Below, one piece after another: positions 1-13,973 of a DNA stretch of 64,000 bases. Position 1 is the stretch's first letter. The number at the start of each line of letters is the position of its first letter. The stretch comes from Felis catus (Eukaryota): assembly GCF_018350175.1 (NCBI RefSeq), contig NC_058368.1:109866001-109930000 (forward strand), in the 5' to 3' direction. Below the pieces are notes generated by a model that worked only from the letters and a program-made list of their open reading frames with translations, did not search any database and was not told where the DNA came from. The translations under genes were made by a program, and so were the position numbers.

Positions 1-57
1 TCTCTTCCTCTCTCTGCCCCTCCCCTGCTCGCTCACACGTGCGCGCGCGCGCGCGCG

Positions 58-89
<32 letters not shown>

Positions 90-180
90 CTCTCTCTCTC
101 TCTGTCTGTCTCTCTCTGTCTCTCTCTCGCTCTCTGTCTCTCTCTTTCTCTATTTCTCTCTTAAAATAAATAAACTTAAA
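1..180 (+). mobile_element. Can-SINE 3' part with (GC)13(AC)11(TC)n
   Basis: ctctgcccctcccctgctc, microsatellites and an aaaataaataaac tail. Confidence 0.85.
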
Positions 181-704
181 GTATACATATAAAAAATAAA
201 ATAGACCCAGTGGATAGAAGTGGAGAATTTCACACATGTGCCCTCAGAAGAACAGAACTTAACCAAGAGACTGAGTCGTGTAAATGCCTGACCAAAAAAC
301 ATTTGACAAGAATCTCTCCCCATCCTCAAGCCAGTGAACTTACTGCTTGGACTCCAGCTGCACTTTCCCTCATTGGCACTGCTTGCCATAAACACAGCGT
401 GCCCCGAACCCTCGGTGTACTGCCCTGACTGCCTGTTCCTTTGCAGTTCCTTTGCTATTCTTCTTGAATAGATTCAATTTATGGTAATTCAAGCCTGCCT
501 TGGTTTACCTCTTTATTTACGTTGACAGCAGCCCTAGAAAACAAATCCAGTGGTGTTCTCTGGTGTGACCACACCACATCTCTTTAGCCATTCCCCTGTT
601 GATGATGGATGCTTAAAGTTCCCAGTTTCCTCTGTTACCCATGGTCCAGCTGAGAATTCCTTATATATACTTCTTTGTGCCCAATGGAAGATACTGTTCT
701 AAGA

Positions 705-954
705 TAGTGTGTTCTCAGTGTATCTTTAGTAATCCCCAGTAAGAAATACATTTTATGTACAGACTCAGTGCACACATCCACATACAAAACTTAAATGAAA
801 ATCTCAAGAAACTGTACTTGTTCCTACTACCTGTTTTGCATTCTGATATTTTTTAGGCTACTCTATTCTATTCCATTCATAGCCAGTGCTGGTTGCCAGC
901 CTCTGTCGTTCTCTGTTCACAAATAGATCTCGACCTCTGGTTTGACAAACACTG
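705..954. mobile_element. hAT-Charlie-type non-autonomous DNA transposon (MER-like)
   Basis: Degenerate terminal inverted repeats agtgtgttctca / tgacaaacactg with TCTA(A/G)-containing flanks. Confidence 0.45.
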
Positions 955-1079
955 ATCTAGAGGCTGCTAGGTCACTTATGATGACATTCTCCAGTTTCAC
1001 AGTCAGAAAATCTAGAAATCAGCTCTTCTCTCATTTATGTAAGTTTTATGTTATGGTTTAGTGTTTTTAAAATTATTTT

Positions 1080-2120
1080 TTATTTTTAATGCTTTTTATT
1101 TTGAAAGAGTTAGGGATTCACAGGAAGTTGCTAAGATGGTACCTGAGAGGTCCTGTGTACCCCTCTCCCAGTTTCCCTAATGATTACATCACACATCATT
1201 ATGGTACAGTGTTAAAATCAGGAAACTGATATTGATACATTAGGTCTCTGTAGTTCTGTCATTTTATCATGTGTAGATTTGTGTCAATACCACTGCACTT
1301 GGGATACAGAACTATTCTATTGCTGTAAAAATTTCCCTCTTGCTACTTCTTTGTAGTCAAACCCATTCCCCCTTTCCTCAACCATCCCTAACCTTGGTAA
1401 TTACTAATCTGTTTCACATCTCCATAATTTGCCATTTTGCGAATGTAATGTCGATGGAATCTCCTAGTAAGTGACATTTTGAGACTGGCTTTTTTCATGC
1501 TGTGTCAAGTCCCTGAGATGCATCCAAGTTGTGTGTGTCAATAGTTCCTTTATCTTCATGGATGAGTGGTGTTCTATGCTGTGGATGTATCATGGTTTAA
1601 TTATTTACCTATTAAGGGAGGTTTTGGTTGTTTCCATTTTTTTGTTTTTATAATCTGCTCTGAGCAATCATATATAAGCGTTGTTTAGATCTAAGTCTTT
1701 ATCTAGGATTTCTGGGTCGAATGTAATTGCTGGGTCATAGGATTGGTATATTTCTTGTTTGTAGATAGTTGACCCTCAGTGTTAAATTAGTTTCAGGTGT
1801 ACAACATAGTAATTCGACAACTCCGTGATGCTCACCCCAATGTAGCTAGTATATTTTTAGTTTTTTAAAAAAGTAACTGCCAAACTGCTTTCCAGAGTGT
1901 CTGTACCATTTCATGTTCCCACCAGCAATGTGTGAGAGATTGAATTTCTCTCCCTACTGATCAGCATTTGGCAATGTTACTATTTATGTTACTGTTCTAG
2001 TAGGTGTAGTGAGCTCATTGTGGTCTTGATATGCGTCTCCCTCATGGCCGATGATGGTGAACATTTTTTTCCTATGCTTCTGTGCCATCTGTATATCCTT
2101 CTTGGTAGAATGTCTCTTCA
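1080..2120 (-). mobile_element. Old L1MB/MC-type 3' region with a small nested L1 terminus (~1757-1846)
   Basis: Typical antisense L1 3' phrases: gattcacaggaagttgc, catccaagttgtg, ttcccaccagcaatg. Confidence 0.75.
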
Positions 2121-2369
2121 CATATTTTTTTTTTATTTCAAGAGTTACATATTAGTCTGTGGGGAAGTGTGGTAGGGAGGCACAATATTTTTTGGTGCTT
2201 TTTGCTTCTGAATGGATGTTCAGGGTTGAAATTTCTGATCTTAGGCTATTCAGACATGGACAATTTTAACTCTTTAAGCACAAAAATAATCTATATCTTA
2301 TTATTTGTTATCTTTCTTAAAAAAGGAAAGTTACAAGTATGGCTAAAGTCCTTTGCATACCACATATTC

Positions 2370-3760
2370 CTTGACATGTCATTCCAAAACTTAGCCATTT
2401 GCAGCAACCACTATTATCCACGAGTCTACAGATTGGTAGTTCATCTGAAAGGGGCTAATCTTGTGATCACCTAGCAGATGGCTGCGGTCTGCTTGATTTG
2501 AATGGCCTGGGCTGGACCGACTTTGCTCTCCTCCACTTATTCTTCCATGAGGGTATTCTGGCTACGTTTTCATTGTGAGAGTCCAAGAAAGGAAATGGAA
2601 ACATGTAAGCCCTTTTTGAAGACTCTGCTTGTAATGTATCCAGCTTGCTGCTGTCTCATTGGCTAAAGCAAATCACATGGATAAGTCCAGACATCATGTG
2701 AGAGGGCACTACTAAAAGGTACAGATACAGGGAGACCTGAAACCCTGGGGCCATTAATGCCATCATTCTACCATCATGCACACTATGGACAGGATTAATC
2801 ACATGCCTCCCATGTACAAAAGATGATCTCCCCCAGTCCAGTATCCCTAAAAGATTTACCAATGATGTCATTATGCTTGGAGTCTAGTATCTCATGATCC
2901 ACATCACATCTTCATGTGGCTTCCTGAATGCAGCATCTCTAGATGTTGGGACGTTTGAACTAAAAATACAAATTACTGCTCCCCCCCTCCCACCGCCCTG
3001 CAAGAATACCATGGTGAGGCAGGAACAGGACAGCTGCAGTGGACATTCCCATTTAGAAGGGGAAGAATGGGAGGCATGTTGCATCACTGTCCACAGCACT
3101 ACTAAAATCAAGCCAGAAAAATGTTGCTAGGTTTCCCTATTTTTGTCAGGACTTCACTTCTAGGTACCTGATACTTCAGAGGTGGTGAATGTCCCTTGGT
3201 TAGCACCTAATGCTGCTCATTTGGAGGGGCCTGCTATTCCATTTTTTTTTTCCAAGGCCCTTGACACCATCTTTCTCTCTACTGCCCTCGGCCAATCCTA
3301 AAGAAGAAATATGTCCTTTGAGTCATTTCTCAGTCTTTTTCCTGTCCACAGGCCATTTTATATTTTGAATACTTTCAACCCAGTCTGGAGGCACTTAGGA
3401 CAAAACAACATCCTCAAGAACTTTGTGGCTTGTGTATGCATCTGATGCCATTTAACTCCATTTTCCAAAAAGCACACCCATAATTTTTTAAGAGCTTTTT
3501 TTTCTAGGCTTACTTATTGCTACTCATGGCATGTCAGACAATGTTGTTAAGATTCCTAGATTTCCTTCTGTGTAGCTGAGAGGGTCTATAAGGCAACTCC
3601 TTAAGTATTCATTCAAGCTTTTGCTTATGTCAAGTTTCTTCCTGCCCCATTGGCCAAAGCAAGCCTCATAGCTAAGACCAAAGTCAGTATGGGCAGGCAC
3701 TACAAAAGGGTGTGGATTCAGGGAAGTAGGAAAAATTGTATTTATGCAATCCTTCTACCA
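2370..3760 (-). mobile_element. MLT1 (MaLR) provirus remnant: LTR + internal region + partial second LTR
   Basis: Related LTR segments at 2656-2775 and 3640-3760 (cattggc.aaagcaa...ggcactac.aaa.ggt) flank MaLR-internal-like sequence. Confidence 0.6.
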
Positions 3761-4671
3761 GAAATGGTAATTTAAAAAAATTTGGGTGTAATTTTGTGTG
3801 AGTGAGTGAGTGTGTGTGTGTGTGTGTGTGTGTGTATGCACACACACATGTGAACATAAACGTTATACTCTATGAGATGATTCTGCAGCTTGCCATTGTC
3901 ATTTAGTAATACCTGATTTTGTGATCTGTTCTTTTAGCTGCAGTACGAGTTTCGTTGTATGAATGTATAGTGTGCATTTTGCTGAGCCATTTTGTGATGG
4001 ATAAACTTCAGGCTATTTCCAGTTTTTTTTTTTTGCTATTATATTTCATACAGTCTCAGGTATACTTTTTTCCCCTCATTTTAACATCTCTGAAATTCAT
4101 GATGTCTTACAGTTATTTCACAGTGCCATTCTTTTATTGATACACAAAATAGTGATTCATCGTGTAATCAGTGTTGTTTTAGATTTGATGAAATGTGGTA
4201 TCAACACTAATGAACATCCTGCTTGGAATGCTCTCTATCCTTGTCAGTAATTGCTACTTTGTTAGGTTTTCACCAACCGGTAGAAGTGAATGGTATTTCA
4301 CTGCAATTTTAAATGCACTTCCCTGATTACTAGTTAGGTTAAATATCATTTCTTGTTTTCATGTCATGTATGTTTCCTTTCTGTGAATTGCCTGTTTCTA
4401 TCTGTTGCCTATTTTTTATGGTGTTGTCTTTTTCTTCATGATGTACAGGAGTTCTTTATACATTGTAGATTCTCATCTTTCATTGGTGCTTTGCAAATAC
4501 CTTCTTCCAGTCTGAAGTTTATAGCTTCGTTTTGTTGGTAGAGTTCTTTATTGTATAGATAACTTAAATGTTAATGGAGTTGAGTTTATAAAATTATTCT
4601 TTTCTTTTTTTATAGGTTGAGCTTTTTTCATCTTGCTTGAAAAGGTCCTTCAGTATTTTTCTAAATATATA

Positions 4672-4674
4672 TTT

Positions 4675-4725
<51 letters not shown>

Positions 4726-4922
4726 TATTTTTATTTAAGAGAGAGACAGAGTGCAAGCAGGGGAGAGGGGCAGAGGGAGAGGAAGAGGAAAGAATCCAAA
4801 GCAGGCTCCAGGCTCTGAGCTGTCAGCACAGAGCCTGATGTGCAGCCTGAACTCACGGACTGTGAGATCATGACCTGAGCCGAAGATGGAGGCTTAACCG
4901 ACTGAGCCACCCACGTGCCCCC
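4672..4922 (-). mobile_element. Can-SINE with (TAAA)n tail
   Basis: gcaggctccaggctctgagctgtcagcacagagcc...ctgagccaccc. Confidence 0.95.
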
Positions 4923-5250
4923 AAATGTATCATTTTTAATTTAGGTATATATCTTTGATTTAAGAAGAACTTTCTCTTACTTCAGTTTCTTCCAAAACTT
5001 TGACTTTTTAAAAATACTGTTAAAGTCTTTCATCAAATTTATTTCTGAGAACAGTATATGGGATATGTTTTTATTTTTCCACTAATGGAGAATTACTTGC
5101 CTAAATACCATTATGAGGTCCAATTTCCTACCTCTGATTTGAGATGCCTCTTATACACACATAGATCCACTTCTGGACTTGGCTGTATTTGCCTGGTCTT
5201 ACTCTCATGCAAACAGTAGTCATTCCTGTAGATACATATGTTGATATTTT

Positions 5251-5502
5251 TATTAAGAATTTTTAAATGTTTTTTCTTTATTTATTTTTAATTTTTTCAA
5301 TGTTTATTTATTTTTGAGAGACAGAGGCAGAGTATGAGTTGGGGAAGGGTAGAGAGAGAGGGAAACACAGAATCCGAAGCAGGCTTCAGGCTCTGAGCTG
5401 TCAGCACAGAGTCTGACGTGGGGCTCGAACTCACAAACTGTGTGTGAGATCATGACCTGAGCTGAAGTCAATGCTTAACCAACAGAGCCACCCAGGTGCC
5501 TC
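5251..5502 (-). mobile_element. Can-SINE
   Basis: Consensus body; 19-bp TSD ATACATA(T/C)GTTGATATTTT at 5232-5250 and 5503-5521. Confidence 0.95.
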
Positions 5503-5619
5503 ATACATACGTTGATATTTTGATAATCGGTAAGACAAGCTTTTCCTTTGTTCTTTTTCAAATGTGTTTTTGCTGTGTTTGTACACTTAAATTTTTAACA
5601 ACTTAAAAATGTTTATTTA

Positions 5620-6350
5620 GACAATTTTTTTATAGCTGTTTAAGTTTCCTAACGAAATTGAGGGGGAGGCGCAGAGATTTACCACGCGCTCCCTGCCCCT
5701 ACACACGCACAGCCTCCCCCCTCATCGGCCTCCCCCAGCAGAGTGGTGCATTTGTAACAGTCAGTAGTTAGCACTCGGGTTCACTTTTGGGGTTGTACAT
5801 TCTGTGCGTTTGGACACATGTGTAATGACATACGTCCATCGTGACAGTATCACACTGAGGAGTTGCACTGCCCTAAAAATCCTTTGTGTTCTACATATTT
5901 CTCCCACCTTCCCTCCCTAAACCCTGGCAGCCACTGATCTTTGTATTGTCTGCATAGTTTTGCCTTTTCCCGAATGTCACATAGTTTGGAATTACACACT
6001 AGGTAACCTTTTCAGATTGGCTTCTTTCACTTAGTGACATGCATTTAAGGTTCCTATTCGTCTTTTCATAGCTTGATAGCTCATTTATTTTTAGCACTAA
6101 ATAATATTTCATCACCTGGATATATGGCAGTTTATATATCTATATTCCTGCTGAAGGACATCTCGTTTCTTTCCAAGTTTTGGCACTTATGAATGAAGCT
6201 GCTATAAACATCCATGGGCAGGTTTTCATGTGAACATAAGTTTTCATCTCCGAAGGGTAAATATCAAGGAACACAATTGCTAAGTCATATGGTAGGAGTA
6301 TGTTTACTTTTGCAAGAAACCACCAAACTTTCTTCCAAAGTGCTGTCCCT
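5620..6350 (-). mobile_element. L1MC-type 3' end
   Basis: ccccagcagagtggtgcatttgt...ggttgtacattctgtg...gaaggacatct...gaaaccaccaaact. Confidence 0.75.
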
Positions 6351-6361
6351 TTTTATATATG

Positions 6362-6583
6362 TTTTTAATTTTTTTTTAACATTTATTTGTCTTTGAGAGA
6401 GAGAGAGTGATAGAGTGAGAGTGGGAGAGGGGCACAGAGAGAGGCAGACATGGAATCTGAAGCAGGCTCCAGGCTCTGAGCTGTTGGCACAGAGCCTGAT
6501 GTGGGGCTCAAACTCAGGAACCATGAGATTCTGACCTGAGCCGAAGTCGGGTGCTTAATCAACTGAGCCACCCAGGTGCCCCC
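6362..6583 (-). mobile_element. Can-SINE
   Basis: Consensus body and T-rich tail. Confidence 0.95.
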
Positions 6584-7629
6584 TTCATATACATGTTAGA
6601 ATCATCTTGTGTAATTCCTTGAAAAATCTTGTGGCTGTTAGAAATGGGATTGCTTTGACTTTATAGTTTGTTTGAGAGGACTGATAATTAGAATAAACCT
6701 TCCTGTTCTCAAAAACAGTTTCTCTCTCCAGTTAGATCATTTTTGATTGTCCTTCAGTTAGTCTTCTAGTTGTACTGTTTCTTGCATGTTTCTTATTAGG
6801 TATATCCCAAGATACATTATGGTACTGATGTTTCTTTTCCCTCTCTGTATTGTAATCAGCGCTAGTACACAAGAACTACTGATTTTTTATCCTGTAGAAG
6901 TTTGACTTGGTTGTAGTCACATTCTTTTTTTCTTTAATTGCTTCTGGATTTTGAGTCGGAGTAAGGGCAGTCTTCCCCACTTTATTTCGATTATGCTGGA
7001 TATTTGCCCTTCTTTTTGTTTTGTTTTGTATTTTTTTGCTGATGATTTGTATCAGTTTTTCCACTGATGATTTGTATGGTTTCAGTTTTTACTTTTAGAC
7101 CTTTGACCAGCTTGGAATTTATTCGGGGCTTTGGTGTAAGGAGCTGGTCCAGTTTTATCTTCTTTTCTTTGAGCATCTAGTATACCAACAGCATTTTTAG
7201 TGAAGGCCTACCTTATCTCCATCTATTTGAGGCACTGCCTGCAAGCAAGGTAAATTTTCATATTTCTGGATTTTTCTCTTCTATTCCATTGGTCTCTTTA
7301 GTCACGCACAGTACCACACTGCTATAATCACAGAGGCTTTATACTGTATTTTCTTATCTGGTAGTGTTGGTGTGTGTGTGAGATTTATTTATTTTAACAT
7401 TTAGATTTTATTTATTTTAGGTCCTTTCCTTCTGCAGACACATATTTAACTTCATGTTGTGGCAGATGGTTAATGTTTCTTCCTTTTTTTCCCCCTCCTT
7501 CCCCTCACCAGTTTTCCTGTGTAGTTTCTATCTTTCTATTCCTTGGTGCCCTGTTCTAGAAGAGTTTCTGGCCCCTGATTCATGCTTCAGATGTGCCTGT
7601 TCTCCGACTTAGTTATGGAATCTATTTTA

Positions 7630-8809
7630 TTTTAGTAAAAAAAAGTTTATTTATTTTGATAGAGTGTGTGTGCAAGTGGAGGAGGGGCAGAAAGAGCAAG
7701 AGAGAGAGAATCCCTAGCAGGCTTTGTATTCAGTGCTGAACCTAATGCGGGGCTCAAACCCAAGAACTGTGAGGTCATGGCTTGAGCTGAAACCAAGGGT
7801 CAGATGCTTAACTGACTGAGCCACCCAGGCGCCCCTATGGAGTCTTTTTTAATATCAACATGTAAATTTTAATTTTAGTTTTGTGTTTTCACTTTTTTAT
7901 TTTAGACGGCGCAAGCAGGGGAAGAGGGGCAAAAGGAGAAATGGGAGAGAGAGGGGAAATTTTAAGCAGGCTCCACAGTCAGCATAGAGTCTGATATGGG
8001 GCTCAATCCCATGACCTTGGGATCATGACCTGAGCCGAAATCAAGAGTCAGAGGCTCAACTGACTGAGCCACTTATGTGCCCTGGATTTTGCCAATATTT
8101 TTATGGATTGGTTGCAAGAGAAGACTGTAGCCTTGATTTAGTTTATCATCTTGAAACTGAAACTTCACTGCTTTTTTTTTTTTAATGTTTATTTATTTTT
8201 TGGGGGGGGGAGGGAGAACAAGGAAGGGAGGAGCAGAGAGAGAGAGAGGGAGAGAGAGGATTCAAAGCAGGCTCTGCACTGGGAGTAGAGAGCCTGATGT
8301 GGGGCTTGAACTCATGAACCATGAGATCGTGACCTGAGCTGAAGTTGGACACTTAACTGAGCCACACAGGTGCCCCCGAAAGTTCATTCTTTTTTATCTT
8401 TTCTTGCCTTTTTGGAATTTTGAAATGAATTGTTGATTATTGGAAACAAAAGAGTAGAAAATTATACCTGCCATCCAGAGCCATATTTGTATTAAAGAGC
8501 AGATTATTATGACTTATGGTATATATGGGTTTATTTGTGCTTCACAGGATAACAAGTATGCAGGTGAATTAATGTTTTAAAAATGGGAAATACAGCAAAG
8601 CATAAAGGATGGCATTCCCTTAAGACTCTCAAATTATTTATAGTCTGGGTCTAACTTTAAAAATGTGTCCATTATATGGGTGCTTGGGTGACTCAGCCGG
8701 TTAAAGTGTCTGACTGTTGATTTTAGCTCAGGTCATGATCTCACGGTTCATGGGTTTCAGCCTTGCATTGTGCTCTGTGCTGACAGTGCAGAGCCTGCTT
8801 GGGATTGGG

Positions 8810-8861
<52 letters not shown>

Positions 8862-9580
8862 CCTCCCCTGCGTGTTCTCTCCTCTCTCTCTCAAAATAAG
8901 AAAATAAACTTAAAAAAAAATGTGTCCATCATATAGAGAAATATGGACAGGGATGACTGGCTGGCTCAGTTGGTAGAGCACGTGACTCTTGATCTTAGGG
9001 TTGTGAGTTAGAGCCTCATGTTGGGTGTAAAGATAAAAAATAAATAAAAAAATCCTAAAAAAGGAAAGTATGGACAAGCATACAACAGACACTGATGTAC
9101 TCTCTTATCCACTACTCTGCTCTGTGAAACATCTGTATCTTGCTCATTTTCTTCAGATTAAACAAATAGGAGAGTACATATGCAGGGATAAGATCTCACC
9201 GTTCTCTTCTCCCACTCCTGAGTTAACCACTGCCAGGGATTTTTTTGGTTGTCTTCATCATGTTTTGGTACTATCATTACATATGACTATACAAGCAGAC
9301 AACGTATAGTATATGTTCCACATTTCTAAAACTTTATATAAACGACATCATCTGTGCATATTTTTATGTGATTTGCTTTTTAATGTTTATTTATTTTTGA
9401 GAGACAGAGAGAGACAGATAATGAGCAGGGGAGGGAAGAGAGAGACACACAGAATCCAAAGCGGACTCCAGGCTCCGTGCTGTCATCACAGAGCCTGACC
9501 GGGAGCTGGAACCCCCGAACCCTGAGATCATGACCTGAGCCAAAGTCTGATGGTTAACCGACTGAGCCACCCAGGCGCCC
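7630..9580. mobile_element. Cluster of six Can-SINEs (7630-7835 -, 7890-8082 -, 8171-8377 -, 8678-8920 +, 8950-9060 +, 9376-9580 -)
   Basis: Consensus bodies. The 8678 copy has TSD AAAAATGTGTCCAT(T/C)ATAT. Confidence 0.9.
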
Positions 9581-11024
9581 TGTATGTGATTTGCTTTTTA
9601 AAGTCAGCGTTGTGTTTTTAAGATTCATCCATGTTAGTACTCGTAGCTCTGTTTGATTCATGCTCCATTCCCTTCTGTGAGTATCCCACAACTTATTTAT
9701 ATGTTGTTTCACTGATGGTCATTTACATTGTTGCCAGTTTTTCTTTATTACCAACAGCGGTACTGGGAACATTCTTTAAATGTTTCCTTGTGCATATGCA
9801 TTAGAATTTCTAGACTTCCACATGTAACTGCTGGATTAAAGGATACACACGTCTTTAACTTAATTAGATTTTTGCCAACTTGCTCTCCAGAGTGGTGGTG
9901 CCAATTTGCACTTGGACTAGGAGTGTCTAAAAGGCCCTATTTCCCCTGGAGCTCATCAGCACTTGGTGTTATTGGATTGGTTAATTACTGCTATTCTGAT
10001 GAGGGTGAAATCGTCTTGCAGTGTAAACTTAAATAGCATTTTCTGATTATTAACAAAATTGAGTAGGCTTTCATTTTTTTATTGGCCTCCATGTTTCACT
10101 TCTGAAATTTGCATGTTCAGGTCTTTGCCTACTTTTTACTGGATTGTTTTTCTATTAAGAATTTCTTTATGTGGTCTGGGTACCAATACTTTACTATATG
10201 ACTATGAACATCTTGCCTCAGATGATGGCTTGTCTTTTCACTTCACTTATGGTCTCTTTTGGGGTTAGTCATTTAAAAAATTTATTTTTTAAATATGTAG
10301 TATAGTCATATGGTGAACAATACTATAAATATAAATGAAATGATGGCTTTTACTCCTGTCCCCATCTGTCCAGCCCTTCAGCACTGTTATTCATTTCTTA
10401 CACATGCTTCCTGAATTTCTTTATGCACATGCAGGCATGTTCAGATATATATCCCCCTGCGTATAAAATGAAGTCACATGTATTTATCTTTCCCTTTATG
10501 GTTTGCATTTTAGTCCTTGTTTAAGCAATCTTTTTACCCAGAGTGTTGAAGATGTTTTGTGTTCTCTTTTAAAGGTTTTATAGTTTTGCTCTATCTTCTT
10601 TTAATAGGGATAGTTAATTGTCTTAGGACTACTGACTGAATCATGCAGGTTTCCTCCCTGGTTTGTTACCCATGCTGCCTCTTTGGGCAAAGTGTCTCGC
10701 TCCCGTGTACACGTGGGTTTGTTTTTGGGCTTCCTGCTCAGTTCCGCCGGTGTATTTGTTCATCCCTGAAGCAATACGAATGCTGTAATTACTATAGCTT
10801 TATGAGAAATCTTATTTTAAGATCAACTCTGCCGTTCCTTACTCTCCAGATTGTCTTGGCTATGTTTGTCTTCATTGGAATTGGATTAGATTTGATAGGA
10901 ATTGCATGAAATGTACAGATTAACTTGGGGGAAAACTTTTATTTTTAGAATATTGGGCCTTCCTAGTCATGCACATTGCATATATCATTTATATAAGTCT
11001 TTTAAGTGTCTTCTTAAAAAAAAA

Positions 11025-11440
11025 CTTTTTTTAATGTTTATTTACTTTTGAGAGAGAGACAGAGTGCGAGTGGGGAGGGGCAGAGAGAGAGGGAGACACA
11101 GGATCCAAACAGGATCCAGGCTCTGAGCTGTCAGCACAAAGCCTGACGTGGGACTCGACCCCACGAATTGCGAGATCATGACCTGAGTTGAAATCGGGTG
11201 CTTAACCAACTGAGCCACCCAGGTGCTCGAGTGTCTTTTGTAAACAAAAACTTTTTTTTGGAGAGCGAGAACACGAGAGCCCAAGTGGGGAAGGGCAGAG
11301 GAAGAGGGTGAGAAAGAATCTCAAGTAGGCTCCCCACCCAGTGCAGAGCCCAATGCGGGGCTCCACCTCATGCCTGTGAGATCGTGACCTGAACTGAAAT
11401 CAAGAGTTGAGCGTTAATCAACTGAGCCATCCAGGCACTG
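11025..11440 (-). mobile_element. Two tandem Can-SINEs
   Basis: Consensus bodies at 11025-11227 and 11252-11440. Confidence 0.9.
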
Positions 11441-11904
11441 CCCCCCCCCCCCCCAATTGTTTTTTCTAGAAAACACTTACATACATTTTGGTTAGATTTA
11501 TTCTTTGGTACCTTGTTTTTTTTTGTTTTTTGCTATTAGAAATGATGCATTCTTGAAAAATTACATTGTCCATTGTTGCTTTTATAGACAATCACAAGTA
11601 ACTTTTTTATATTGATTGGTAACATCAAACTCTCTTACTTGTGTCTTCAGAAACTCTTGGATTTTCAGCTTATTTACATCTACTGTAAATGATGATATTT
11701 TTGTTTTTCCTTCTCAATCTTACGCCTGTTTGCAACGCATTTATTCACCTACCAGCCCATATTTACCAGTCAATCAGACTACTGTACTTGCTAGGGCCTC
11801 CAGAAAAGTAGAGGTGACCGTGAACATCTTTGATTCTTTGCTGACTCTAAAGGGAAGGACTGTAACATTTCACCTTAAGTATGATGTGGCTTTTATTTAT
11901 TTCC

Positions 11905-12650
11905 ATTAGTTAAGATAGTATTTGCTGCTCTAACAGGTTTGAAAATCTCAGCATCTGTGGCAAAAGGTAGGTTGATTTCTTGCTCACTTAAATTTCAAAT
12001 TCCGTGTTTCTCATGGGTGGCCAGTTCTCTAACTGATCACACAAAGGACTCGGGTTCTTTCCAGCATGGCCTCTAGGGCACCTGGAAGAGTGGAGGGAAC
12101 ATGGAGGGTCACACATGCAAGAGTTTTATGGGTCAGGTCTGGAAGTGGTGCACATCACCTTGGCTTTCTTTCCAGTGGCCCAGACTCTGTCATCTGGCTG
12201 CACATATAACTTCAGGGGCTGGGTTCTGTGTACCTCTGTGTCTGGAAAGAAGAGGAAGTGAGTTTTGTGACCAGCGGGCTAGTTTTTGCCACGGTCAGCC
12301 CCCATACTTGCTGAGCGGCTACTTCAGTCTTCCTCACACACATATAACCTCTCCCCAAGGGATACCCACCAGGTCACACCTAGTCACTATCACAGATTGA
12401 ATTCCAGGGCATCTTTAGGTGATGTGCAGGCTCTCTCTGACATCCTTGTGTCCTCTGGTGACCTATGAACTCAAAGACAGGTCCCAGCCTTCCTTCCCCC
12501 AGCAAATGACTGGTGGTGAAGCAAGTGCAGGATGAAGCCCAATAAGGCTTGCTATTCAGAAAGGGGAAGGAGAACAGATATCCCACTGTCCCTAGTCACC
12601 AGCAATGATTAAATGCTGCCTGGCCGACATTTGGAGGTCCCTCTGCCTGC
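11905..12650 (-). mobile_element. MLT1J-like LTR with adjacent internal fragment
   Basis: ggtctggaagtggtgcacatcac...ggaaagaagaggaagtgagttttgtga...tgccac. Confidence 0.65.
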
Positions 12651-12756
12651 TCACTTTCAAGTACTAATGTTCGAACCCAAAGGGAATTACTGGAGAGAAT
12701 TCACAAACCTGATTATCCCCAAGAGAGCCTCCTCCTCTTTCTAAATGGCTAGGAGT

Positions 12757-12987
12757 TTTGTTTTTTTTTTTAAATGTTTATTTTTTTATTTGAGAGAGAG
12801 AAAGAGAGAGTGAGCGAGCGAGAGTGAGGGCAAGCAGGGGAGGGGCAGAGAGAGAGGGAGACCAAGAATCCACAGTAGGCTCCATGCTGTCAGGGTGAAG
12901 CCTGACATGGGGCTCGAACTCACAAACTGTGAGATCATGAACTGAGCTGAAGTCAGACTCTCAACCAACTGAGCCACCCAGGCCCCT
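12757..12987 (-). mobile_element. Can-SINE
   Basis: Consensus body. Confidence 0.9.
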
Positions 12988-13973
12988 CTTATTTATTTAT
13001 TTTTAAATCATGAATGGGTACTGAATTTTATCAAGTGCTTTTTCAGTATCTACTGAGGTGATCAGAGATTTTTCTTTTTTAATGCCTTAATGTAGTGAAT
13101 TACAGGAATAAATTAGAATTTGTCTATGCTTACATTACTGGGATATGCTCTTCTGGGTCACGAGGCATTATCTTTGAAAGTCTGATGTGCTAGCGTTTTA
13201 TTTAGAATTTTTCTGTTGTTCATAAGTGAAATTGACCCATAATTTTCATTTCTTTCACTGTTCTCATCTGGCATTTGTTTTAAGAGTTTACTAGCCTCAT
13301 AAAGCGAATGGAGAAGCTTTTCCTTCTCTATTTTCTGAAACATTTTGTAGAAGATAGAATTGCCTCTTTAAACTGTCTGCGCCTCGTGTTTTTGGTTTTG
13401 TCTCTGTGAGCAGATTAACTATCGATTTGCTTTCTTTTATAGGTTTGTTCAGGGTTTCCATTTCTTTTTGACTTTGTGTTGGCAATCCATTTTTCTGGGA
13501 AATGGTCCATTTCATATCAGTTTTCATATAGATTTCTTAAAGTTGTTCATAGTAATTCATTATGGTTTTTTTTTTAATATCTCTGCTGGATCTGTGGTAA
13601 CTTCATCTTCTTTTTTCATTCCTTGTATTGTTTATACTCTGTCCTGATCAGTGTTCCTGTGGGTTTGCTATTTTATTAGTTTTTGCAAAAAAACAAGTTT
13701 TTGGTTTTATTAATCCCTTTTTATCATTTCTTTCTCTTAAAAGCGTCTCTGCTCTTCTCTCTTTTTTGCCTATTTTCTTCATGTTTACTGTTCTCTTTGT
13801 GATTCCTTGAGTTGAATGCTCACATCTCTGATGTTGAGGCTTTTATTCTTTGCTAATGTAGACATTTATTTTGAACATTCATATTTCCCTCTCTCTGTTG
13901 CTTCTGTGCATCATACAAGTTCTGAGATATATCTATATCTATATCTATATATATATAGATCTATCTATCTATG

